Counted from the first letter of the stretch, positions 53,572 through 63,413 are shown. The stretch: DNA of 64,000 nucleotides from an uncultured Muribaculaceae bacterium (GCA_965231035.1 OZ246409.1:257222-321221); one strand, 5' to 3'. Program-made: numbers and translations. The notes: generated from the sequence alone by a model not told the origin.

Positions 53572-56349
53572 TTACATCTGTACACCATTTGTAACTGTTG
53601 TTGGATCTTTGAATTTAGTACAAAAAACACCTTCAAATTTTTTCGTCACTCTTTTTCTTCCACCACCTATATGCAATATACCACCTCCACCTTTGCATCC
53701 ACCACCACCAAAAAAACTTAACCCACCATAACTACAAGTATTAGATTTTGAATAAACATCTTTAAATGTATCACACATAGTCGTAACTGTAGTTATATTG
53801 CAAGTATTAGATGAAGATGAATATACAGAAGTTAAAGAAACCTTTCCAATCATATTACCCTTAGTATCCGTTTGAGTCCATTCAGAATGACCACTGGATG
53901 CTACAGAAATTATATCCGACATCTTTGCACCACTTATAATATATTTCATTGAGTAAATATCATTACCAGACACACCTTTACTTGATGTATCATCAAACAA
54001 ATCAGCATAAGATGTAGCTTCATATGCTGTGCAATTCCCGTCAGAATCATAAGTTTTACAAGATTTAGGTTCTGATGCCATAGCTGCACACATTGCTGTT
54101 TTTAAATCATCATTTTGATTTTCTAATGCTTCTGATACCATTTTATCATACTTTTTATTATAGTTTTTATTTGCTTTTTCCAAGCCAGAATTCATTATAG
54201 CCAATATAGAAGAATCTAATAAATTTGGATATCTTGCCGTAGATGTTGTTGATACTGCATTTGTTCCATCACCACGAATTTGTGTCATATCACGACCCTC
54301 AATACACATCTTTATTTTTGCATCCTGAGACAAGACAGCTATCTTTTGATTCATCTTATTTGCCGTGGATTGTAAAGATGAAACAACGCGTGAGGTCAAA
54401 GAATCTGAAGATAATAAATGATTTTTGTAATCATTTATATCAATCTCGTACTTACCAAATTTTACATCTGTATCACTACTTTTTGTCCTTTCAATTTTCA
54501 CATTTCCATAAGAAACTAATCCTTCAATTACATAATCTCCATTATTATCCTTGTAACTGGATAAACTTTCTGTACCAATAGAATCATCATCATCGAATGC
54601 TGTGCAATTATCAGTATCACCACATATTTCTATCATTTTTTCAGACACAATTTTTTGACATTTATCCAGCAGCGAATTATCTATATTAAGGTAAATTCCT
54701 TGTACTATATTATCTATATCATTAATATTATTTAAAACGCCATCTTTTTGACATCCTACCAGTTTATCAATTGGACATAGTTTCTTTATATCACTCAAAT
54801 CTAAACCTATACAATTATGAAAATCTTCGCCGCAAGTATTTTCATTAGTGAAACATTCTTTAACTTCGGTTGTACAAGAATCAACACGCATTGCTGATAA
54901 TTTTGCATAGACATAATCCAGAATCAAAGGTTCTGCTGAAACACAAGGATCGATTTGCACTTTGCATAAAGAACGAACTGTTTCTGGACGTGATAAACAC
55001 ATATCATATGAACCATCCGGATCATTTGGATCAATTGTATCTTTACATGCTTTTTGGAAACATGAGGATATATTAGAAATACAATTTGTCCGTAAATTAG
55101 ATTCAGCCAATAGTTCAGCTGTTTTTAAAGTTGGTGCAACATCACGCAAAAATGAATTCCAAACCTGGTCTTTTACTGCAACACAAGAATTTGTTATATT
55201 TTCACACATTGGTTTTTTTGATTCCAGCGCATCCATAGTGGATGCAGCAACTGAAATTTTTGTATTTGATCCGGTTATATCAACCATCTTCATAGAAGAC
55301 TTAGAACTGCTGGACATCTTGGCATTTTCAGCCGCAGCAATTCCAACACAGCCTGTAAAATCACTTTTGCAACCTGCTGTATCAGTCATGCATTTTTCAA
55401 AAGCCAAAGTACACTGACCTAGGTCATATTTATTTGCTGTACGTAATGAATCCAAAGCGGCATCACGCAGAGCCTTTTGTGCAGTTGCTAATTTCTGTGT
55501 GCTGGAATTTTTTTGCTTAGTTAAATCATTTTCATACGCCGCACAATCAGATTTTATATTCTGAGAATAACCAAGTTGTATCATTGCCAAATCTTCTGAA
55601 CATTCTGGAATTTGTGCTGAACACAATTCAGCAACAGAACTATACAAGTCATTACCTGTTTTACCTTCAACAGGGCTTACCTCTCTTTGTGCAAATATAT
55701 CTTGATCCATTGTATCAGAATCCGTCTGATTCCACTGACTTAAATCCAACGTTTTTTTCTGGGTTACATTACTAGTTGTTAAACTATTTGCTGTATTGTT
55801 TGCAGATGCGATTACTTTATCTGCATCAGAACCCATTTCAATTTTTTCAACACCCTCGGTTGCCATTTTATAACTTTGAGCATCCAAAGCCTGAATCTGA
55901 ACCTGAACCTTATCCAGCTCAGCCTTGCGATCACTGCATAAACAACGACCGCCACTGGTGTTTTCAATCATACAAAAAGAATCCATACATCCATAATATT
56001 TTTGCTTACAAGCTTCATCCACTATTATATTCTTGTTCACACCAGAAATTGCAGTACCTGAATTTATAACTTTTTGCATAGTCCCAGCACGTGCAGAAAC
56101 AACTGGCGCGGACATTGGAGTTGCCGCAGATCTGGCAGATATTGTTCGAACGTTTGAAGATGTTGCACTGGGCATTACAGCTGAACGTGCAGAAGTTGGT
56201 CTGACAGCAGCACGTGCCGACACGGGTGTTTGTGCAGTGCTTTCAGATGGTTGTGATACAGATTGACCACGCCTTTGCACAGGAACTTCAGCATTTGCAC
56301 ACACAACAAAGGTTGCCATAAAAATAGAAAAAATTGCAATTTTTCTCAT
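53572..56349 (-). CDS. Large secreted cysteine-rich protein, family member 5 (close paralog of 20963-23464)
   Basis: Signal peptide MRKIAIFSIFMATFVVCANA; SARSAVMPSATSSNVRTISARSAATP; CKQKYYGCMDSFCMIENTSGGRCLCSDR; CGEDFHNCIGLDLSDIKKLCPIDKLVGC; Gly-rich C-terminus. Confidence 0.7.
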   Translation of the reverse strand: MRKIAIFSIFMATFVVCANAEVPVQRRGQSVSQPSESTAQTPVSARAAVRPTSARSAVMPSATSSNVRTISARSAATPMSAPVVSARAGTMQKVINSGTAISGVNKNIIVDEACKQKYYGCMDSFCMIENTSGGRCLCSDRKAELDKVQVQIQALDAQSYKMATEGVEKIEMGSDADKVIASANNTANSLTTSNVTQKKTLDLSQWNQTDSDTMDQDIFAQREVSPVEGKTGNDLYSSVAELCSAQIPECSEDLAMIQLGYSQNIKSDCAAYENDLTKQKNSSTQKLATAQKALRDAALDSLRTANKYDLGQCTLAFEKCMTDTAGCKSDFTGCVGIAAAENAKMSSSSKSSMKMVDITGSNTKISVAASTMDALESKKPMCENITNSCVAVKDQVWNSFLRDVAPTLKTAELLAESNLRTNCISNISSCFQKACKDTIDPNDPDGSYDMCLSRPETVRSLCKVQIDPCVSAEPLILDYVYAKLSAMRVDSCTTEVKECFTNENTCGEDFHNCIGLDLSDIKKLCPIDKLVGCQKDGVLNNINDIDNIVQGIYLNIDNSLLDKCQKIVSEKMIEICGDTDNCTAFDDDDSIGTESLSSYKDNNGDYVIEGLVSYGNVKIERTKSSDTDVKFGKYEIDINDYKNHLLSSDSLTSRVVSSLQSTANKMNQKIAVLSQDAKIKMCIEGRDMTQIRGDGTNAVSTTSTARYPNLLDSSILAIMNSGLEKANKNYNKKYDKMVSEALENQNDDLKTAMCAAMASEPKSCKTYDSDGNCTAYEATSYADLFDDTSSKGVSGNDIYSMKYIISGAKMSDIISVASSGHSEWTQTDTKGNMIGKVSLTSVYSSSSNTCNITTVTTMCDTFKDVYSKSNTCSYGGLSFFGGGGCKGGGGILHIGGGRKRVTKKFEGVFCTKFKDPTTVTNGVQM

Positions 56350-56433
56350 AACAAAATCTCCAATGCTTGATTTATTTTATCAGAAAAATCAGATTTATGA
56401 AAGACTTTTAATAAAAATCTATTATTTAAACCC

Positions 56434-56470
56434 TAAAAAAATCCGCACGAATGCGGATTTTTTATTTTTT
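56434..56470. terminator. Bidirectional intrinsic terminator
   Basis: aaaaaaATCCGCAcgaaTGCGGATtttttatttttt. Confidence 0.5.
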
Positions 56471-56481
56471 AGATTTTTTGA

Positions 56482-57024
56482 TTATTTTCCTGTCGAACGA
56501 CGTTTAACAGAAACTTCTTTCTTTGCTGATGTTGACTTAGAAACACCTGTATCTTTTGCAACTTTTGTTGCAACTGGTGCTTTTGGTGCTTTCTTTTCAG
56601 CAACTGGTGCAGAAGTTTTCTTTTCTTCTGTTTTCGCAGGTGCTACTTTTTTCGCATTTTCGTCACGATCAACCAATTCAATTATTGCCATCGGTGCAGC
56701 GTCACCATAGCGGAAACCTGCTTTCAATACACGTGTATAACCACCTGGACGTTTTGCATAACGTGGTCCCAAAACAGTGAACAATTTTTTAACTGTTGAT
56801 TCACCACTGTTACCAAGTTCAGATGCCAACAAACGACGATTTGCGACAGAATCAACTTTGGCGCGTGTGATTAATTTTTCCACAACCGAGCGAAGATCTT
56901 TTGCTTTTGGCAAAGTTGTTTTAATTTGTTCTTTTTCAATCAAGTTTTTTGCCAAGCCTAAAAACAAAGCTTTGCGTGCGCTGTTATCGCGGTTAAATTT
57001 GCGTTTTGCTATTTGATGTCTCAT
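56482..57024 (-). CDS. rplQ: 50S ribosomal protein L17 with a K/A/P-rich C-terminal extension
   Basis: [21 protein letters not shown]...; tail [14 protein letters not shown]. Confidence 0.85.
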   Translation of the reverse strand: MRHQIAKRKFNRDNSARKALFLGLAKNLIEKEQIKTTLPKAKDLRSVVEKLITRAKVDSVANRRLLASELGNSGESTVKKLFTVLGPRYAKRPGGYTRVLKAGFRYGDAAPMAIIELVDRDENAKKVAPAKTEEKKTSAPVAEKKAPKAPVATKVAKDTGVSKSTSAKKEVSVKRRSTGK

Positions 57025-57241
57025 TTATTCGCTCCTTTTGTTGCAGCCTGCTGTTACACAGGATCAAGACATTTTCATAACCTGAAAATATTTCAGAATT
57101 ATGAAGTTTTTCCAAGTTTCAAAAAACAACTTGGTAAGAAATTAAATTAAAATAATGCAGATGCGAAGCATTTGTCAAAGGGAGTGTATTGGACATACAT
57201 GACCGAAAACAAATGCCAGCAGATGCGTTATTTTATTTAAT

Positions 57242-58270
57242 TTATTTGTATGGGTCTTCGTATTTCTTGGACAACTCAGAAATATTTTCTGGTGGCCAAC
57301 CTGGTACTGTTATACCCAATCCCAAACCCATTGCTTCTAACTGAGCTTTGATTTCGTTCAAAGATTTGCGACCAAAGTTTGGTGTTTTCAGCATATCTGC
57401 TTCGGTCTTTTGAACCAATTCGCCCAACCAGTTAATTTTATCATTCTTCAAGCAATTGTTTGCACGAACAGACAATTCTAATTCGTCTACATGCTTTAAC
57501 AATTTTGGATCAAATGGTAATGCGTCTTTTGCTTTTTCTTCTTCTTTGACTGCGCTGATTTGTGCAGGATCTTCAAAGTTAATAAATACGACCAATTGAT
57601 CTGTCAAAATACGTGAGGCATATGCAATTGCATCTTCTGGAGAAACACTGCCGTTTGTTTTAACAGTCATTTCCAATTTATCAAAGTCTGTTGACTGACC
57701 AACGCGTGTTTCAGAAACTTGGAAAGCAACATTCAAAATCGGGGAAAAGATAGAATCAACAGGGATAACACCTAATGGCAAATCTTCGGCATGTGCGTTT
57801 GCAGCAACATACCCACGACCTGTACCTAATGTGATTTCCATATCCAAAGATGCACCTTTGTCCAGGTTGCAAATTTCAACATCTTTGTTCATGACTTCAA
57901 TGCCACCACTTGTTTCAATCATACCTGCTGTAACAACTGCTGGACCTTTTACTTTTAATAAAGCTTTGTGTTGACCTTCGGTCAGTGCTTTAAAATAAAC
58001 ACCTTTTAAATTTAATATAATGTCTGTTACATCTTCGCGTATGCCAGACAAGCTGGAAAATTCGTGTTGAACACCATCAATTTTAATATACAACGGTGCG
58101 CATCCCTGTAAAGAAGACAGCAGAACGCGACGCAATGCGGTGCCCAAAGTCAGACCAAATCCCTTTTCCAATGGATCTGCGATTAATGTTGCAATATTTG
58201 GATTATTTTCATCGATTTTGATATTCAGCTTTTTTGGCTTAATCAAAGTCATCCAGTTTTTTTCGATCAT
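57242..58270 (-). CDS. rpoA: DNA-directed RNA polymerase alpha subunit
   Basis: The N-terminal domain and the C-terminal domain ELSVRANNCLKNDKINWLGELV are both present. Confidence 0.9.
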   Translation of the reverse strand: MIEKNWMTLIKPKKLNIKIDENNPNIATLIADPLEKGFGLTLGTALRRVLLSSLQGCAPLYIKIDGVQHEFSSLSGIREDVTDIILNLKGVYFKALTEGQHKALLKVKGPAVVTAGMIETSGGIEVMNKDVEICNLDKGASLDMEITLGTGRGYVAANAHAEDLPLGVIPVDSIFSPILNVAFQVSETRVGQSTDFDKLEMTVKTNGSVSPEDAIAYASRILTDQLVVFINFEDPAQISAVKEEEKAKDALPFDPKLLKHVDELELSVRANNCLKNDKINWLGELVQKTEADMLKTPNFGRKSLNEIKAQLEAMGLGLGITVPGWPPENISELSKKYEDPYK

Positions 58271-58407
58271 TTTGATTCCTTGTGGTTTAGTTTATTATTT
58301 TCACCTTAAAGGCCCGGGGATTTTAACCTGTGTTTGCCAAATTGTCAAGAAAAACCTTGCTTTTTAGTAATTTTATGTAAAGATTCGTCTGAAACAGGAG
58401 GTGTAAT

Positions 58408-58980
58408 ATGAAACAACTATCTGATTCTTACTTTAAAACTGTACAAGATTTTGTACTAAAAAATCTTCAAAACCGTAATGTTATCGTTAGTTTTGGAAAA
58501 TCACACACTGATTTTGGGTATTCTGACAAAAACTTCTTTAAATTGGAAGCATTGAAAACTTTGTTTGATAAGGCCAATTATCATATTTCTAATTTGGGCG
58601 CAAAAAAACTTGACGGTACCCAAAAAGATGTTTTTTATGATTTACAAGAATTCACATCTTTCCCTTTTGAGGATTCGGAATCTAATAAGAAACTTTTTGA
58701 TGTGCTCAAAGAATCAAATAACGGTTTTGTTCACTCGACTTATATTGAAAAGATTTTTATAAAATTTCCTGTTTTTGATTCTGGCAAAGTAAGACAGGTA
58801 CAAATTTCTGCTTTTCCAGAAGTAAGTGATTTTATAAAAGATCTCAGCTTTGAGCTATTAGCTTCAAAAATTAAAAAAATGAAATTATTAGATGCAGTTA
58901 TTACTTCAAATAATCCAAAAAGAATTCCCCGCAGAAAAACTGCAACGTTAAGTAGTGAAACACCTCAAAATCAAAGATAA
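58408..58980 (+). CDS. Hypothetical protein (islet gene 1)
   Basis: 190-aa ORF with a GGAGG RBS; no recognised motifs; very AT-rich. Confidence 0.4.
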   Translation: MKQLSDSYFKTVQDFVLKNLQNRNVIVSFGKSHTDFGYSDKNFFKLEALKTLFDKANYHISNLGAKKLDGTQKDVFYDLQEFTSFPFEDSESNKKLFDVLKESNNGFVHSTYIEKIFIKFPVFDSGKVRQVQISAFPEVSDFIKDLSFELLASKIKKMKLLDAVITSNNPKRIPRRKTATLSSETPQNQR

Positions 58981-59006
58981 AAAACCGCCAACTGGCGGTT
59001 TTTTAT
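58981..59006. terminator. Bidirectional intrinsic terminator
   Basis: aaAACCGCCaactGGCGGTTtttt. Confidence 0.5.
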
Positions 59007-59011
59007 AATAT

Positions 59012-59881
59012 TTATAAAAACCATTCTAATTTTTTCACAAGTTTTTTAACTTCTTTTTCTTTGATATCTCCCAAAGATGTTGAAACAATTGCCCAACAAA
59101 CACAGTTTACCCTATCTACCAAAGAGGTTTTTATTACGATTTCAATATCAACATGTATCCCAGATTTCAATTCATAAGCGTGTAAGATTTCTTTCAGAAA
59201 ATCCTTGTATTTTGGGTTATAAAGACTTTGAAAATCATACGCTCTATTACCAAAATTAGCATCTGCCCAGTCAAAAACACCTGTTAGGTGTAAATCTTTA
59301 TTTATTAAACTATTTCCACCACTGAAATCACGATGTAATAGGACAATATCATCAGAATTAAAAATATCTGCATTTTCATATTTATTGTATATATTACTTA
59401 TTTCTTTATCTGATAAAAACGGCTGTAAATTTTTATTTACATAATCAAAAGATTCCAATTTAAATTTTCTTATTTTTAATAAGCCTGGAAATTCTTTTTC
59501 TATTTTATTTTTATCTATTTTGTGAACAGAATTAAAAAAACTTGCACAATCATTTATAAAATTTTTTTGCAAATCATATGGTTTATTATTTATACCTTCA
59601 ACGTCCCAACCATTACCAAGTAACATTTTATGAGTTGTATATGGATATTCAACATTATCTACTATTATAATTTTTGGAATTTGAACTTCAATATCATTAC
59701 GAACAAAATCTGTTATTTTTTGTTCTTTTTTATAATCATCCATATTCTTTTTAGGAAATCTTAATATATTATCATCGACAATAAATGCTATTGAATCCCA
59801 GCCTTCTCCAACAAAGTTTATTTTTGAACTTGAAAACTTATCTTTTAAAAAATCTTCTAAAATATCTTTATTTATTACCAT
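59012..59881 (-). CDS. Phosphotransferase-family kinase (APH/ChoK-like; aminoglycoside or macrolide phosphotransferase-like)
   Basis: Gly-rich loop plus Lys: FVGEGWDSIAFIV...ILRFPK. Brenner motif HRDFSGGN (HxDxxxxN). Metal-binding DWADA. Confidence 0.6.
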   Translation of the reverse strand: MVINKDILEDFLKDKFSSSKINFVGEGWDSIAFIVDDNILRFPKKNMDDYKKEQKITDFVRNDIEVQIPKIIIVDNVEYPYTTHKMLLGNGWDVEGINNKPYDLQKNFINDCASFFNSVHKIDKNKIEKEFPGLLKIRKFKLESFDYVNKNLQPFLSDKEISNIYNKYENADIFNSDDIVLLHRDFSGGNSLINKDLHLTGVFDWADANFGNRAYDFQSLYNPKYKDFLKEILHAYELKSGIHVDIEIVIKTSLVDRVNCVCWAIVSTSLGDIKEKEVKKLVKKLEWFL

Positions 59882-59913
59882 TAATTGACCTTTTTACAAT
59901 CAAGATTATATCA

Positions 59914-59947
59914 TAAAAAACCCGCCAATTGGCGGGTTTTTATTTTA
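59914..59947. terminator. Intrinsic terminator
   Basis: aaaaAACCCGCCaattGGCGGGTTtttatttt. Confidence 0.5.
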
Positions 59948-60331
59948 TTAAACGCGGCGGACTTTCTTTGGTCTGCAACCATTATGTGGAATACGTGTTG
60001 TATCTGTGATGCTTTGAACAATCAAACCAGCATTTGACAAACCACGAACAGCAGATTCACGACCCTGACCAATACCACGCATCAGAACATCAACTGTTTT
60101 CATTCCCATTTCAGCAACTTTCTTACCAATGCTGTCTGCAACAACAGTAGCTGCATATGGTGTTGATTTCTTGGCGCCCTTGAAATTATTTGCGCCAGCG
60201 GTTGCCCAAGTCAATACACTGCCTGCTTGGTCTGTGATTGTAATTCTGGTGTTGTTATTAGTTGCAACTACATGGGCAATACCATGAGATACTTTTTTAA
60301 TAACTTTCTTTTTTGTTTTTGCAATTGCCAT
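59948..60331 (-). CDS. rpsK: 30S ribosomal protein S11
   Basis: GIAHVVATNNNTRITITDQAG... Confidence 0.9.
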   Translation of the reverse strand: MAIAKTKKKVIKKVSHGIAHVVATNNNTRITITDQAGSVLTWATAGANNFKGAKKSTPYAATVVADSIGKKVAEMGMKTVDVLMRGIGQGRESAVRGLSNAGLIVQSITDTTRIPHNGCRPKKVRRV

Positions 60332-60355
60332 TATTTATACCCTATTTTTTATTTT

Positions 60356-60733
60356 TTATTTACCCTTGCTTGCACTGCCAGAAACGACAACACGTTTACC
60401 TTTTCTGGTACGTGCGTTTGTCTGTGTACGTTGACCACGAACTGGCAAACGGTTACGATGACGAATACCACGATAAGTTTTAAGATCTTGTAAACGTTTT
60501 ATGTTCATTTGAACTTCACGGCGAACATCACCTTCTACTTTGAAATTTTCTTCAATGTAATTAGAAATGTTCACAACTTCTGTGTCGGTCAAATCTTTTG
60601 CGCGCAAACTGTCTTTGATTTTCAAAGCCTTGCAAATTTGGGCCGATTTTTTTGGTCCAATGCCATAGATATATCTTAACGCAATTTCAACGCGTTTTTC
60701 TGATGGAATGTTCACACCTGCTATACGTGCCAT
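60356..60733 (-). CDS. rpsM: 30S ribosomal protein S13
   Basis: [26 protein letters not shown]. Confidence 0.9.
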   Translation of the reverse strand: MARIAGVNIPSEKRVEIALRYIYGIGPKKSAQICKALKIKDSLRAKDLTDTEVVNISNYIEENFKVEGDVRREVQMNIKRLQDLKTYRGIRHRNRLPVRGQRTQTNARTRKGKRVVVSGSASKGK

Positions 60734-60826
60734 ATTATATTTTCCTTTTTATTTTTTACCACTATCGTTTTGCTGCATTATTTTATATCAAATACAACAA
60801 AAGTCAAACTTGTTTTTACCTTTTTA

Positions 60827-62143
60827 TTAACCCAAGACGCGGAAACGCCCCTTCTTTTTCTTGATAACATTGCTGTATTGCTTTGCAACAAGATATGACT
60901 GAACCTGGTTCATAGTATCCAATACAACGCCCGCAACGATCAAAACACTTGTTCCACCAATCATCAGTGGCATACCGAGACGAGTGTTTAATATTATAGG
61001 CAAAACACAAACGACTATCAGATATAAAACACCGATTACCGTCGTTCTGGAAACAACACCATCCAAATGATGAGTTGTTTGTTCGCCTGGACGAACCCCC
61101 GGAATATAACCACCTGCATTTTTAAGATTGTTACTTGTTTCTTCAGAGTTGAAAACAACCGCTGTTTGGAAAAATGCAAAGAAAGCAATTAACAAAGTAA
61201 ATACCCCAAGATATGTCCAAGTTCCATAAGTTAAAAATCCAATAATATTCTGAACTATTAAATTTTCACTTTGTGCAAAACGTTGAATAAATGCTGGCAA
61301 CATCATAATACTGGATGCAAAAACAGGTCCCATAACGCCAGACATATTTATCTTTATAGGAAGATAAGAGGCATTAGTATTTGCAACACCATTCGCCATA
61401 ACTTGACGTGGATATAAAATTTGGATACGACGTTGTGCCTGTTCAACGAATGCTATCAATGCGACTATACCGACAATAAAAACAATTATTAAACCAATCA
61501 TCGCAGGTGACATCTGACCAACGGAACCAAAAGACAACATCTTTGCAATACCGTTCGGAATTTGTGCAACTATTCCAGCAAAGATTAATAACGAAGAACC
61601 CTGTCCGATTCCGCGTGATGTTATTTGTTCTGCTAACCACATAACGAAAACTGTTCCGCCAACTAACGCAATAACCGCTGAAAGTTCAAATATGAATCCT
61701 GGATTAACAACAGCGTAAACACCATTTACTGGTGCCATTGATTCCAAACCACGAACAATCGCCCAACCTTGGATAACTGCCAATAAAACTGCCAAATATC
61801 TGGTATATTGGTTGATTCTTATACGACCTGCTTCGCCTTCTTTGCGTAATTCACTCATTGATTTACTGGTTGCAGATAATAATTGAATAACAATAGAAGC
61901 AGATATATATGGAAAAATGTTCAAAGCTAAAATAGACATACGTGACAATGAACCACCGCTGAACATATCAAACATTCCCATCATTCCGTTATCACTGTTG
62001 AACAAATGTAAAACCGCGGAAGCATTTACACCAGGCAATGGGATAAAAGAACCAATACGATAAACAATTAACGCACCAAGTGTAAACAAGATGCGCTTTT
62101 GCAAATCTGATAAATTCTTAAAAAAGTCTTTTATAAACTTCAT
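60827..62143 (-). CDS. secY: Preprotein translocase subunit SecY
   Basis: 10-TM profile; LGALIVYRIGSFIPLPGVN; GIGQGSSLLIFAGIV. Confidence 0.9.
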   Translation of the reverse strand: MKFIKDFFKNLSDLQKRILFTLGALIVYRIGSFIPLPGVNASAVLHLFNSDNGMMGMFDMFSGGSLSRMSILALNIFPYISASIVIQLLSATSKSMSELRKEGEAGRIRINQYTRYLAVLLAVIQGWAIVRGLESMAPVNGVYAVVNPGFIFELSAVIALVGGTVFVMWLAEQITSRGIGQGSSLLIFAGIVAQIPNGIAKMLSFGSVGQMSPAMIGLIIVFIVGIVALIAFVEQAQRRIQILYPRQVMANGVANTNASYLPIKINMSGVMGPVFASSIMMLPAFIQRFAQSENLIVQNIIGFLTYGTWTYLGVFTLLIAFFAFFQTAVVFNSEETSNNLKNAGGYIPGVRPGEQTTHHLDGVVSRTTVIGVLYLIVVCVLPIILNTRLGMPLMIGGTSVLIVAGVVLDTMNQVQSYLVAKQYSNVIKKKKGRFRVLG

Positions 62144-62174
62144 TACGGTTTAATCTCTCTCGAATACCAGTATG

Positions 62175-62633
62175 TTATTTATTTTTTATTGAACCACCAG
62201 CTTTAGAAATAGCTTCTTCGGCTGATTTGGACCATTTTTCAGCAACAATGTTTACGGCTGTTTTGATTTCACCCTTGCCTAAAACTTTCAAACCAGAAAG
62301 TCTGCGGTTGATAATTTTTGCATCAATCAAAGAATCTAAAGTGATAACTTTTTTCGCATCAATTTTTCCAGCTTTGACAAATTTTTCAATATCGCCCAAG
62401 TTGATTGTTACATAAGTTTTTGCGAATGGATTTTTAAATCCGAATTTTGGAAAACGACGCAAAATTGGCATCTGACCACCTTGGAATGTTGCCTGTTTAC
62501 GTGAACCGGCACGTGCTTTTTGACCTTTGGTTCCACGACCAGCAGTTTTGCCATATCCAGAACCCAAACCACGTCCAACGCGTTTGATACTTTTACGTGC
62601 GCCAAAATTATCCATCAATGCATTCAGTTTCAT
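62175..62633 (-). CDS. rplO: 50S ribosomal protein L15
   Basis: MKLNALMDNFGARKSIKRVGRGLGSGYGKTAGRG. Confidence 0.9.
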   Translation of the reverse strand: MKLNALMDNFGARKSIKRVGRGLGSGYGKTAGRGTKGQKARAGSRKQATFQGGQMPILRRFPKFGFKNPFAKTYVTINLGDIEKFVKAGKIDAKKVITLDSLIDAKIINRRLSGLKVLGKGEIKTAVNIVAEKWSKSAEEAISKAGGSIKNK

Positions 62634-62649
62634 TTTATTTATTCCTTAG

Positions 62650-62826
62650 TTTATTTTACAATCGTTACCATATGAGAAACTTTGGCAATCATACCACGAA
62701 CAGATGGTGTATCACCCAATTCTTTGGTTTTACCAATACTTCCCAAACCCAAAGCCTTCAAGATTTTTACCTGAGAATCTGGTTGTCCGATAATACTTTT
62801 AACTTGTTTTACAATTATTTTAGACA
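62650..62826 (-). CDS. rpmD: 50S ribosomal protein L30. It is shorter than 60 aa and so absent from the ORF track; coordinates are good to about 1 nt
   Basis: The minus strand translates to MSKIIVKQVKSIIGQPDSQVKILKALGLGSIGKTKELGDTPSVRGMIAKVSHMVTIVK. Confidence 0.7.
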
Positions 62827-62858
62827 TGTTCGTTACCTTTTAAATCTTTAAACCAGCA

Positions 62859-63413
62859 TTATTGATCTTGTGTTTCATCTGTATGCTTTTTACCATCACG
62901 GCCAGCAATAATTTCTGCAACTGTTTTTCCACGACGAGCAGCAACAGATTTAGGAGAATTCATTCTAGCAAAAGCATCAAACGCTGCACGGATCATATTA
63001 TTTGGATTGTTACTGCCTTGGGATTTAACAACAACATCTTGGACACCCAAGCATTCAAATACTGCACGTAATGCACCACCAGCGATAATACCAGTTCCAG
63101 GAACTGCACTGCGGATAACAACTTTGCTGGCACCGTATTTAGCAGCCGAGTCATGATGCAAAGTGCGACCTTCTTTCAAAGGAACACGAATCATTTTAGC
63201 CTTGGCAGCCTTGGTTGCTTTTTGAACAGCAGATTGGACTTCCAATGCTTTTCCTTTGCCGAAACCAACGCGACCCGCTTTGTCACCTACAACAACCAAA
63301 GCGCTGAAAGACATATTGCGTCCACCCTTAACGGTTTTGGAAACGCGATTGATAGAAACTAGTTTATCTACCAAGTTGTCTGTTTGTAATTTTTTATCAT
63401 CAAAACGTGCCAT
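62859..63413 (-). CDS. rpsE: 30S ribosomal protein S5
   Basis: [22 protein letters not shown]... Confidence 0.9.
   Translation of the reverse strand: MARFDDKKLQTDNLVDKLVSINRVSKTVKGGRNMSFSALVVVGDKAGRVGFGKGKALEVQSAVQKATKAAKAKMIRVPLKEGRTLHHDSAAKYGASKVVIRSAVPGTGIIAGGALRAVFECLGVQDVVVKSQGSNNPNNMIRAAFDAFARMNSPKSVAARRGKTVAEIIAGRDGKKHTDETQDQ

Noticed and set aside
57150-57215. Partial match to the 18-bp palindrome (TATTGGACA half-site) and a GCATTTGT...ACAAATGC stem in the rplQ-rpoA spacer
   Set aside because: A single half-site and an 8-bp stem with a 33-nt loop are easily produced by chance in AT-rich DNA.
60816-61010. Track ORF overlapping the 3' end of secY on the same strand in another frame
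   Set aside because: It is fully embedded in secY and has no independent support.
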